Positions 10,655 to 19,276 of a DNA stretch of 64,000 nt are shown in pieces (position 1 is the stretch's first letter; every line of letters begins with the position of its first letter). Source of the stretch: Armatimonadia bacterium. GTDB taxonomy: Bacteria; Armatimonadota; Zipacnadia; Zipacnadales; UBA11051. The translations under genes and the position numbers were made by a program. The DNA lies in NCBI GenBank assembly GCA_039683575.1, contig JBDKRC010000027.1, positions 1,966 to 65,965 of the forward strand, given 5' to 3'. The notes beneath the pieces are model-generated. The model saw only the letters and a program-made list of their open reading frames with translations, did no database searches and had not been told where the DNA came from.

Positions 10655-11509
10655 CTACCCCTGCACCTGCTCGCCTTTGATCTCCAGCGAGTGCGCCGGG
10701 ACCTTCGTCTCTTCCTCGTGGTGGTCCTCATGGCCGCCGAGGGCCAGGGAGATATACACGGCGGTGAGCATCGTGAAAATGAGCGCCTGAATGAACCCGC
10801 CAAAGATCGCGAAGGCGACCATGAACAGGTGAATGGGGATCGGGATGAAGATGGCCTGCTGGATCTTGGCGCCCAGCTTGATCAACTCGGCGACCACGGT
10901 GTCTTCACCGAAGATGTTGCCGAAGAGACGGATCGAGAGCGAGAGGGGCTTGGCCAACTCGCCGATGACGTGGATGGGGATGTTCAGCGGGGCCATCCAG
11001 GTCGGCTCGCCCACGAAGTGCTTCAGGTAGCCGAAACCGTGCGCTCTGAAGCCAGAATACTGGACGTATACGAAAACCGTCAGCGCGAGAGCCGCGGTCA
11101 TGTTGATGCTGGCAGTCGGCGAGAGGAAGCCGGGGATGATGCCGAGGACGTTCATGCAGAAGATGAAGATGAAGCAGGTGGCCAGGAAGGCCAGGTACTT
11201 CTCGCCGATGGGGCCCATGACGCCGACAGCGAAGTTGCGGAAGACGTCGTAGGTCCATTCCCAGAGGTTCTGCCACCCCCGCGGCACGCGCTTCATGTTG
11301 CGCGTGCCGGCAATGATGGCGATGATAAGCAGCAAGAGCACCGTGTATGTCGCGAGGGTCTGCGGGTTTACGAAACCCCGTAGCGTCTCGGGCACGAACG
11401 GCTCAATCGCATTGTACCAGGTGGCGTGATGCTCGCCCACGGAAGTCTCCAGTGAGAAGAAGGGTGCGGTCGCTTGACCGGCACCGCCCTGAAACACAAT
11501 AATCGGCAA
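10655..11509 (-). CDS. atpB: ATP synthase F0 a subunit
   Basis: PRGWQNLWE, NVLGIIPG...SPTA, LSLSIRLFGNIFG (essential Arg) and IQALIFTMLTAVYI motifs. Confidence 0.96.
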   Translation of the reverse strand: MPIIVFQGGAGQATAPFFSLETSVGEHHATWYNAIEPFVPETLRGFVNPQTLATYTVLLLLIIAIIAGTRNMKRVPRGWQNLWEWTYDVFRNFAVGVMGPIGEKYLAFLATCFIFIFCMNVLGIIPGFLSPTASINMTAALALTVFVYVQYSGFRAHGFGYLKHFVGEPTWMAPLNIPIHVIGELAKPLSLSIRLFGNIFGEDTVVAELIKLGAKIQQAIFIPIPIHLFMVAFAIFGGFIQALIFTMLTAVYISLALGGHEDHHEEETKVPAHSLEIKGEQVQG

Positions 11510-11550
11510 ATATCGCCGTGAGTTTAGCCCGCTAGATTCTGCTACGGCGT

Positions 11551-11922
11551 TCAGCTAACACTCCTACGCGGGGCCGGGCGCAGTTGCGTCATGAAGATCG
11601 TGAACACGATCAGGGCGACTGTATACCCTGTTGCCAGCCATACCGGGTTGGCGTGCCACCGCGTGATGAGCAGGCCCAGAAGCACTGCCACGACGAGCAG
11701 GTGCCCCCATCGCCAGAGGCTCGCCAGAAGCCGCAACGGACCGCTCAGCCCGCTTGTGACGCCATAGGCGCCAAAGGCCACGGAGCCGAGGGATACCGCC
11801 CCTACCACCACCCCGGCGGCAAAACTGAGACCGGCGGAAAGATTGACTGCGAAGCTGAGGGTGACGGCCACTGCTGCGGCGATCACAAGTGCAATCACCA
11901 GCACAACCTGCCCCGCGCGCAC
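11551..11922 (-). CDS. atpI: ATP synthase subunit I-like membrane protein
   Basis: 123 aa with four hydrophobic helices, directly upstream of atpB. Confidence 0.75.
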   Translation of the reverse strand: MRAGQVVLVIALVIAAAVAVTLSFAVNLSAGLSFAAGVVVGAVSLGSVAFGAYGVTSGLSGPLRLLASLWRWGHLLVVAVLLGLLITRWHANPVWLATGYTVALIVFTIFMTQLRPAPRRSVS

Positions 11923-11923
11923 C

Positions 11924-12166
11924 CTACTTTTTCCCTGCTACGGCAATGATCCGCGCCATCTGAGCAAACCCTGCAACCGTGCCGAGGAGGAAACCGATGA
12001 TGAGCAGCCACGGCGCTGTTCCGAACTGCTGGTCGAGCCAACGACCGCCGAGAGCGCCGATGGCGATCGCTGCGGCCATGGTGAAACCGGCACCACTTAG
12101 CACCGCCACCACCCGAAGCGCGCTACCGGTTCTCGCCGCGCTCTTCCGGCCATCCTCCTCGCTCAT
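11924..12166 (-). CDS. atpZ: AtpZ/AtpI-family small membrane protein
   Basis: GALGGRWLDQQFGTAPWLLIIGFLLGTVAGF signature; start moved to ATG at 12166 (MSEEDG). Confidence 0.85.
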   Translation of the reverse strand: MSEEDGRKSAARTGSALRVVAVLSGAGFTMAAAIAIGALGGRWLDQQFGTAPWLLIIGFLLGTVAGFAQMARIIAVAGKK

Positions 12167-12176
12167 TATGGGCGGG

Positions 12177-12205
12177 ATGATACACCTGTGCAACGGCGGT
12201 GTCAA
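12177..12205 (-). promoter_or_regulatory. Candidate sigma70 promoter of the atp operon
   Basis: Minus strand reads TTGACA-N17-TATCAT, ending 10 nt before the atpZ ATG. Confidence 0.75.
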
Positions 12206-12236
12206 CAAGTAAATCGGGAAAAGTTTCTCTGTATAC

Positions 12237-12250
12237 GTGAAATATTTCAC
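12237..12250. promoter_or_regulatory. Perfect 14-bp palindrome, candidate operator (Rex-like core)
   Basis: GTGAAATATTTCAC in the divergent intergenic region between the atp operon and the 12317 gene. Confidence 0.45.
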
Positions 12251-12316
12251 TTGCTCAGCACGCGTTGCACAAACTCCCAGGGAGGGCATCCCGAGCCACA
12301 GGAGGAAGCACCAGTC

Positions 12317-14662
12317 ATGCCCGCCTCCGCCTCTCCCCCACTCTCTGGCTCACGCTATGCCGCCATTGCCCTCAGCGGGGCTGGTTTGGCAGCCGGCGTG
12401 GCGCAGGGGGTGCTCCTTAGGCAGCTTCTGAACCTTGCTGCGGGCAACGAGCTGACCATTGGCCTCATGCTCGCCGCCTGGTTCTTCTGGGGTGCCATGG
12501 GTGCCCTGCTCGTGGCCAGGAGGGGCGAGCGTGACGAGGGTCAGAGATCGCTGCTGCGGGTGCTTAAGCTTTCGGTGACGCCACTGCCAGCCATGATGGT
12601 TGGCATGGCGGTAATCGCACTCGCGCCGCCCGTACTCGCCAAGCTGCCCAGTAATCTCGGAGCGCAGCCGGGCCAGGTGCTGGGGCTACTGCAGATGCTG
12701 GTGCTAAGCCTGCTGGCGGTGCTTCCGTCCGGGATTGTGGCCGGGGCGCAGTTTGCGGCCGGGATGCGTCTCTACGGGAGCTACCGTCCGGGCCCCCATG
12801 CGGCGGGGAATGCGTATGCACTCGATGCGCTGGGGCACCTGACCGGTGGCGTGCTGGCTGCGGTGCTGCTGTTCGGCGGAGCCACCGCCCGGGAGATAGC
12901 GTTTTGTGGCGGAGTTTTGGCCCTGTGGGGCGCCGCGGGGCTCTGGACGCAGGCGCGCAGGCCCACGGGGCAGCAACTGCGCCCGCTGCAGGCCGCCCTG
13001 CTCGTGGCGCTGGCGACCACCTGCTACTTGCCGGCTCTGGTGCCTCTGCCTTCCCCGCTCATCTGGCGGGGGGAGAAGGTTCTAGCTGAGAAGGAGACCA
13101 TCCACGGCAGCCTTGCAGTGACGCGCTTTGGCCCTGACGGCGCGTACTTCTACCTCAATGGCGTCCCCGAGGCGTCTTCTCCGCCCACTCCGGGCATTCA
13201 GCACCTCATCCACTTCCCGCTGTTGCAGGTGAGCAAGCTGCGCACGGTGCTGCTGATCGGCGGCGGGGCGACCGGAGGGCTGCGGGAGGTGCTGCAGTAT
13301 CCCGGCGTCTCTCGAGTAACCTATGCCGAGCTTGATCCGGGCCTGATTGACCTCGCACGACAGTACACAGTGGGGGCCGACCGGCAGGCGCTGTCGGACC
13401 CGCGGGTGAGCATCCATTCCGGCGACGGGCGGCTGCTGGTGAAGCAGATGCCGCGCCATATGGGCCTCGGGCCGCCGTATGATGCGGTGATCCTCGGCCT
13501 GCCAGACCCGTCCACGGCGCAAATCAACCGTTTCTATACGGCGGATTTCCTCAGGGAAGCCGCTCGGGTGCTCAAGCCTGAGGGCGTGCTGGGGTTACAG
13601 GTGCCGTCATCGGACACGTATCTGGGTGACGAGCTTCTGCGGCTCGACGCGGTGCTGCTTCGGACGGTGCAGGCGGTATTTCCACAGGTGGCGCTGCTTC
13701 CAGGGGATCCGATGGTCATCGCCGCCACCCGTAGCGGGAAATTGACCGAGGATGCGGACGTTCTGCGAGCGCGCATGGATCGTCTCACGATTGAGGCGCC
13801 GGAGTTCCGGGCCCATGCGTGGGACCGACTGTTCCCCTTCGAGGTCAGCAGGGCCCGCGAGAGCTTCGCGGAGGCGCCACCACTGCCGCTCAATACGGAC
13901 GGGCAGCCGATTGCGTACTTCTACGACCAGGCCTACTGGGTGGCACAGTATAGCCGCAGTTCGTGGGCGTTCTTCCGGCTGCTGGAGCGCCTGGACCTGC
14001 GCGACGCGTTGGTGGCGCTGGGGGCTCTGCTGGTGGTACTGGGACTACCGGGCCTGTTCTCTGCGCGGGTGCGGTGTGGATACGTGTCGCTGGCGATCTT
14101 CGGCACTGGCTGGATTGCCATGGCGCTGGAGGTCACACTGCTCTTCGCGTTCCAGGTGTACTATGGCTATGTCTATGCCCAACTGGGGATCATCACCGGG
14201 GCGTTCATGATCGGGCTGGCCGTGGGGGGCATCGGGGCGGGACGACGGCTTGAGCGGCTGGGTGCGCGGGGCACCGAGGGGCTGCTGATAGGGCTGCAGG
14301 GCAGTGTCACGGTGCTGGCACTGGCGCTGCCGGGGCTCCTGGCGCTCATCGGAGGGGAGAGCGCAGGAGGTGGGTTCCTGCTGCCCAATCTGGTCTTCCC
14401 AGCGCTGACGGCGGTGGTAGGGGTGCTCGTCGGGGCCGAGTTCCCGGTGGCCAGCCGGCTGCTACAGGGCCAGGGGCATCCAGCAACTGCGGCGGCGGGA
14501 GTGTATGCGGCGGACCTGCTGGGGTCGTGCGCAGGGGCACTGGTGGCCGGAGCGGCGCTGCTGCCGGTGCTGGGGCTGTATGCCACGTGCTACGCAGCAG
14601 CGGGCGTGAGCGCCGTCCTGGCCCTGCTGCTGAGCCTGCGCCTACTCCACCGGTTCCGTTAG
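12317..14662 (+). CDS. Membrane-embedded spermidine-synthase-like protein (TM bundle - SAM/dcSAM Rossmann domain - TM bundle)
   Basis: VLLIGGG...EVLQYP...YAELDP, DGRLLV, LPDPSTAQINRFYT and YAADLLGSCAG motifs, with many TM segments. Start moved to ATG at 12317 behind GGAGGA. Confidence 0.8.
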   Translation: MPASASPPLSGSRYAAIALSGAGLAAGVAQGVLLRQLLNLAAGNELTIGLMLAAWFFWGAMGALLVARRGERDEGQRSLLRVLKLSVTPLPAMMVGMAVIALAPPVLAKLPSNLGAQPGQVLGLLQMLVLSLLAVLPSGIVAGAQFAAGMRLYGSYRPGPHAAGNAYALDALGHLTGGVLAAVLLFGGATAREIAFCGGVLALWGAAGLWTQARRPTGQQLRPLQAALLVALATTCYLPALVPLPSPLIWRGEKVLAEKETIHGSLAVTRFGPDGAYFYLNGVPEASSPPTPGIQHLIHFPLLQVSKLRTVLLIGGGATGGLREVLQYPGVSRVTYAELDPGLIDLARQYTVGADRQALSDPRVSIHSGDGRLLVKQMPRHMGLGPPYDAVILGLPDPSTAQINRFYTADFLREAARVLKPEGVLGLQVPSSDTYLGDELLRLDAVLLRTVQAVFPQVALLPGDPMVIAATRSGKLTEDADVLRARMDRLTIEAPEFRAHAWDRLFPFEVSRARESFAEAPPLPLNTDGQPIAYFYDQAYWVAQYSRSSWAFFRLLERLDLRDALVALGALLVVLGLPGLFSARVRCGYVSLAIFGTGWIAMALEVTLLFAFQVYYGYVYAQLGIITGAFMIGLAVGGIGAGRRLERLGARGTEGLLIGLQGSVTVLALALPGLLALIGGESAGGGFLLPNLVFPALTAVVGVLVGAEFPVASRLLQGQGHPATAAAGVYAADLLGSCAGALVAGAALLPVLGLYATCYAAAGVSAVLALLLSLRLLHRFR

Positions 14663-15943
14663 TGCCTTCATCTGGCCCTCGTGGTGTCGAATGGCCTTGC
14701 GGATGGCCGGCAAACGCATGGTAAACAGTGCGGCAGAAACCAGCGAGAGCATTCCACCCAGCCAGACGGTGATCGGCGCGCCAATGTGGGTTGCCGCGAA
14801 CCCGCCCCAGAGGCTGGCGAGAGGCCCCGAGCTCATGAAGGCCATGGTGTACAGCGCCATCAGCCGTCCCCGCTTGTCGTCGTCCACCAGCATTTGCAGC
14901 AGGGTGTTCGTCCCCGCCATCTGCACCATCATCCCGAAGCCGATGAACAGCAAAATGCCCATTGACAGTGGCAGAGAGGTGGAGCGGGAGAAGAGTATGA
15001 GACCGACGGAATACGCGGTGAGTGCCGCAACGATGATTCTGTCGAGCCCTCCAATGCTTTTGCGCGAGGCCAAAAAGAACGCGCCAGCCACTGCACCCAC
15101 GCCGATGGTGGCAATCAAGAGGCCCAGAGTCTGGGGGCCGCCATGGAGCACGTTCTTGGCGAAAACCGGCATCAGCGTCATGTACGGACCGCCGAACAGT
15201 GTTACCAGACTGAGGTTCAGCAGGAGGTAGCGCAGGGCTTTGAAATGCCACACATAGGAAACGCCCTCCCTCAGGCCCTGCAGCCCCGCGGAGGTCGAAC
15301 GCATGGTCTCACGGGGCCGAACCTTCATCACGAGCAGCGCCCAGATGACCGCGATATAGCTGACCGCGTTGAGCAGAAAGCAAATGCCGGCGCTGGTAAT
15401 GGCGAGGATAAATCCCGCCACGGAGGGGCCGACGAGGCGGGCGGCATTGAAAATACTGGAGTTCAGCGCGATGGCGTTGCCAAGGTCGGCCTTGTCATCC
15501 ACCATCTCGGCCACAAAGCTTTGCCGCAGCGGGATGTCAAACCCGTTGACGCAGCCCAGGAAGATCGCCAGCGCAAAGAGGTGCCACACCTCCACGCGGC
15601 CCGTCAGCACCAGCGTCGCCAGTATCCCCGCCTGCAACATCGCGGCGCACTGGGTAAAAACAACTAGCCGGTGGCGGTTGAAACGGTCGGCGGCAAGGCC
15701 CGCCCACGGCGCGAGCAACAGCGCTGGGATCTGGCTCGAAAAGTCCAGCGCCCCCAGCATCCACGGCGAGTGCGTCCAATTGTACACAAACCACTGCAGG
15801 GCCATCCGCTGCATCCACGTCCCGATATTCGACACGCCCTGCCCCATAAAAAACAGCCGGTAGTTGCGGTAGCGCAACGCCCGGCCGGTCCACTTGAGAG
15901 CCGCGATACGATCCTGAAAAGAAGCCACGACGACAAACCCCAC
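14642..15943 (-). CDS. MFS transporter (DUF894/EntS-like H+ antiporter type)
   Basis: ALRYRNYRLFFMGQGVSNIGTWMQ, AIALNSSIFNAARLVGP and RGRLMALY motifs; about 12 TM helices. Confidence 0.9.
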   Translation of the reverse strand: MGFVVVASFQDRIAALKWTGRALRYRNYRLFFMGQGVSNIGTWMQRMALQWFVYNWTHSPWMLGALDFSSQIPALLLAPWAGLAADRFNRHRLVVFTQCAAMLQAGILATLVLTGRVEVWHLFALAIFLGCVNGFDIPLRQSFVAEMVDDKADLGNAIALNSSIFNAARLVGPSVAGFILAITSAGICFLLNAVSYIAVIWALLVMKVRPRETMRSTSAGLQGLREGVSYVWHFKALRYLLLNLSLVTLFGGPYMTLMPVFAKNVLHGGPQTLGLLIATIGVGAVAGAFFLASRKSIGGLDRIIVAALTAYSVGLILFSRSTSLPLSMGILLFIGFGMMVQMAGTNTLLQMLVDDDKRGRLMALYTMAFMSSGPLASLWGGFAATHIGAPITVWLGGMLSLVSAALFTMRLPAIRKAIRHHEGQMKALTEPVE

Positions 15944-16035
15944 TTGAGCTGCAAGAGGCCCGAAAAAGCACTCGGCCGGCTAAGGCCAACTGGATTGTAG
16001 CATATCCCAGATCGCAAATCTACTTGAGACCTAAA

Positions 16036-16815
16036 CTATTTTTTCGGGCCGTCGATGACGAATATCCACTTCAAGAGCTCCGAGTGGCGATAGACGATGC
16101 TCCGTCGCTTGCCGTCAGTCCAGGTATATGTGGCCACGCCGTTGGGCTTGCGGAGCATCGCATGCACGGCCAGCGTAAGTGAGGGGCTGCCAACCTGGCT
16201 GGGGTCCAGGAAGATGCGCTCGGTGAGGATATGGAGGGTCGTGATCCTGCCAGATTCATCGAGGCCCCAAAAGCCCCAATCGCCGGGCAGGCTCAGGGTG
16301 TTCGTCAGGCGACGGCTCAACTCATCAAGGTAGATCGAGGCCCCGACGGCGCCGATCATCTGCTTGTCGCGCATTACGGGCACCGCCACAACCACGCTGG
16401 AGCGGCCGGTGAATTTGCCGGTCACGAGGTCGCCGATAGCCGTCTCTCCGGCCCTCAACTTGGCAAAGTAGGGCCGATCTTTCAGCGAGAGGCCTGTGGT
16501 ATCGGCACCGATCGCGCGATAGGTGCCATCGGGGCGGGCGAACCAGACCAACCCCGAGGTCGGCGGCTGCACTTCGGCCAGGAGAGGCGCCAGCTTATCC
16601 CAATCCCCCGCGCCCGCCGCGTCGGAGGCGGCAATGACGCGAAGCGCCTGTGCGGTCGAGGTCAGTTGGGACTCGGCGAGGCTGATCATCGCCCGCAGCG
16701 ACACCTCTGCCGGAAGCATCAGGTCAGCGGGGGCGGCATGGGCGGCAGGCATGAGAACCGTGATGAGCAAGAGACACAGAAAGGCTGAGAACAACCGAGA
16801 CATGGTGAGCGACAT
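16036..16815 (-). CDS. Exported stand-alone Cache-domain protein
   Basis: Signal peptide; LSLKDRPYF...IGDLVTGKFTGRSSVVVAVPV...GAVGASI Cache-like motif; ATG at 16815 behind GGAGG. Confidence 0.7.
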   Translation of the reverse strand: MSLTMSRLFSAFLCLLLITVLMPAAHAAPADLMLPAEVSLRAMISLAESQLTSTAQALRVIAASDAAGAGDWDKLAPLLAEVQPPTSGLVWFARPDGTYRAIGADTTGLSLKDRPYFAKLRAGETAIGDLVTGKFTGRSSVVVAVPVMRDKQMIGAVGASIYLDELSRRLTNTLSLPGDWGFWGLDESGRITTLHILTERIFLDPSQVGSPSLTLAVHAMLRKPNGVATYTWTDGKRRSIVYRHSELLKWIFVIDGPKK

Positions 16816-16955
16816 GGTATGACCTCCGCGTGATGGTTGGGTCTGTCTTAACAATGACTATCCTCGAAGCCAATAGGCTCAGCGGCTCCTGGCGGCCAGT
16901 TCCTCAGCCTCCTGCCGGAAACGCCCACGGCCAGGCAGGCCACGCATGCTGCACA

Positions 16956-19184
16956 CTACGCCTCTGCCACCACGGCCGGATCGCACGACAGGGTCACCCT
17001 CTCCCCCACTCCCATGCCGACCGTCAGTAGCTTGCCTTCCCTGACCTCCACGGTGCCATCGTCGCGCCGCACGACCGCCGGGCCGTCGAAGGGGTTGGCC
17101 ATCGTCAGGGTTTCGCCGGCTTCGCTGACGACCTCTACCTTCACGGCTTTGCCCCGCTCCCACCGTCCGGACACCAGGAAGGCGCCCTCGGCGCGGAGGC
17201 CCTCGAAGGACGCCTCCGGCCACCACCGCGGCACGGCGTTGAACACCCGCAGCACACCACGGCTGGTCTGCACCAGCATCTCCATGACCGCTGCCGAGGC
17301 TGCGAGGCAGGCTTCAATCTGCATGATGAGCGGACGTCCGGCCATGATGGTAAAGCCGCGGAACTGTGCGTCATGGGTGCTGGCATAGCCCCGGTTCATG
17401 AAGGCGCGGCGGTACAGCCCCAAGATCGTGTCGGCCATCTCGCCGTTGCCGATGCGGCCGAAGAGAATCGACGCCCAGGGCATGCACCAGCCCGTCCAGC
17501 GTCCCATGCCCATGTCGGTGAGGTGCCACATGGAGCCATGCACCAGACCACGCTGCTCGTCGTCGCTCTCATAGTCGAAAATGTCGAAGGGGTAGATCCC
17601 GGCAAGGTGGGAGTGGTGACGGTGGCTTTCGCTGAGGGGTTGGCCCTCCCAGAGCTGTATCTGGCCGCTCTCGACAGTTGCCAGCGGCAGGCGGGCGTGG
17701 ATGTCCTGCCACTTGCGGCGGTCCGCCGTGTCCACACCGAGGAGTTCGGACGCCTCGATCAGCTTCTCGCACAGGAAGTGGATGTTTGCGAGCTGGAAGC
17801 TGGCGTTCACGCCCCAGGCGTCTTTGCCCGCCCCGCCGAACTCCGGCGAGACGCTCACCGGCAACGAGTACTGAGTACCATCGTCATCCAGCATCGCCTC
17901 ATAGACACGCATGGCGCCCTTGAGGAACGGGTATGCGGTGTCGCGCAGGAAGTCGCGGTCCATGCTGTAGCGGTAGCGCAGCCACAGTAGCTGTCCCGTC
18001 CAGGCGGTCGAGCCGTGGTCTATCGAGCCGGTCCAGAAGCCGCCCATGCAGGTGCAGCGGTCGTCTACCGCGTGTGGGAGCATCAGGCCATCCTGCACAT
18101 CCACGAAAGCCCGGGCGTTGCGGCGCAGGATCGGCTCCCACTCCTTGAGCATCTTCACCAGCGGGTCGAGTGCCTGTAGCTGATTGCCGCCATATGCCGG
18201 CCAGTAACACTCCTGCAAATTGATGTTGAAGTGGTAGTCGCTGGACCAGGGGGGCATGGTGTACTCCTCGACCCAAGGCCCTTGCAGGGTCGCCGCCGGG
18301 CCGCCGGGCCAGGAGAGCCCGGCGAGCTTGTACATGCCGAGGTAGTAGAGCAGTTCGCGGTCGGGGTCGGGAAGGCTGATGGTGGCGCATTGCTTCCAGT
18401 AGTCGCGCCACCAGTCGGCGACCTGGGAGGAGGCTTTGTCGTAGCCCGGCTGCGCGGCCTGCTCCACAAGCTCCCGTGCGGCGGCCTTAGCGGCCTCTGG
18501 CGTCTCGCCATACACACTGCAGACCAACAGGTCCGCTTTGCCGCGCGCGGCGATTTTCAGGCATCCTACGCACATCGCCGGCTCGCCGGGACATTCCTGC
18601 ACCCAACCCGTGAAGTCGCCATCGGCGAACTCCTGCGCGGGCGGGAAGCCATATTGGCGGTAGTGCTGCATGACCTCATCATGGTAGACGGGACGGAGCG
18701 TCAGTACGGCCTCAGCGCCACGGACCGTGATCGCAATAACCGGCTTGTCGCGCACGATGACAGCCTTCAGCACCCCGCCGGGAGCGAATTCGATCTGGCC
18801 CTCGCCGCGCGCCAGGTCCAGTCCGCCGGAGGCGATGTTGAAGCCATCATGGAGCTTCAGGTCTACGCGTCCCATCGGCAGGCGCGTCGGGCGCTTGGGC
18901 GTGTGCTCATCGGTGCGGGTGTCCTCGAACGCAGCCCGCAGGCTTTCCTCGTCCTCGGCCACCAGCCACTTCTTCAGGTTCGCCCAGGTCGCGGTCTCAT
19001 TCCAGCCGATCCCGCCGCGGTGGTCCCAGTAGTCGGCGCGGTTGATGGTAATGCGGATGTCGGCGCCCTCGCCCCAGATCAGGGCTCCAAAGGTGCCGTT
19101 GGAGAGAGGTATGCCGTAATGGGTGGTCTCGAGGGGGAAATCAAACTCCAGCCGGCTGGCGAGGAAGGGTGAAGTCGAGGGCAC
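16956..19184 (-). CDS. GH95-like (alpha-L-fucosidase family) inverting glycoside hydrolase
   Basis: PPWSSDYHFNINLQECYW, SPEFG, HRHHSHL and FEGLRAEGAFLVS motifs; start moved to GTG at 19184 behind AAAGGA. Confidence 0.8.
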   Translation of the reverse strand: MPSTSPFLASRLEFDFPLETTHYGIPLSNGTFGALIWGEGADIRITINRADYWDHRGGIGWNETATWANLKKWLVAEDEESLRAAFEDTRTDEHTPKRPTRLPMGRVDLKLHDGFNIASGGLDLARGEGQIEFAPGGVLKAVIVRDKPVIAITVRGAEAVLTLRPVYHDEVMQHYRQYGFPPAQEFADGDFTGWVQECPGEPAMCVGCLKIAARGKADLLVCSVYGETPEAAKAAARELVEQAAQPGYDKASSQVADWWRDYWKQCATISLPDPDRELLYYLGMYKLAGLSWPGGPAATLQGPWVEEYTMPPWSSDYHFNINLQECYWPAYGGNQLQALDPLVKMLKEWEPILRRNARAFVDVQDGLMLPHAVDDRCTCMGGFWTGSIDHGSTAWTGQLLWLRYRYSMDRDFLRDTAYPFLKGAMRVYEAMLDDDGTQYSLPVSVSPEFGGAGKDAWGVNASFQLANIHFLCEKLIEASELLGVDTADRRKWQDIHARLPLATVESGQIQLWEGQPLSESHRHHSHLAGIYPFDIFDYESDDEQRGLVHGSMWHLTDMGMGRWTGWCMPWASILFGRIGNGEMADTILGLYRRAFMNRGYASTHDAQFRGFTIMAGRPLIMQIEACLAASAAVMEMLVQTSRGVLRVFNAVPRWWPEASFEGLRAEGAFLVSGRWERGKAVKVEVVSEAGETLTMANPFDGPAVVRRDDGTVEVREGKLLTVGMGVGERVTLSCDPAVVAEA

Positions 19185-19276
19185 TGTGGGGTCCTTTCGA
19201 GGCGTTGGTGGGCGGTTCTTTTGGCCGCTTTCACAAAGGAGAGCGGCCATTTTGGTCTATGCTGCCCTGGTCTTTG

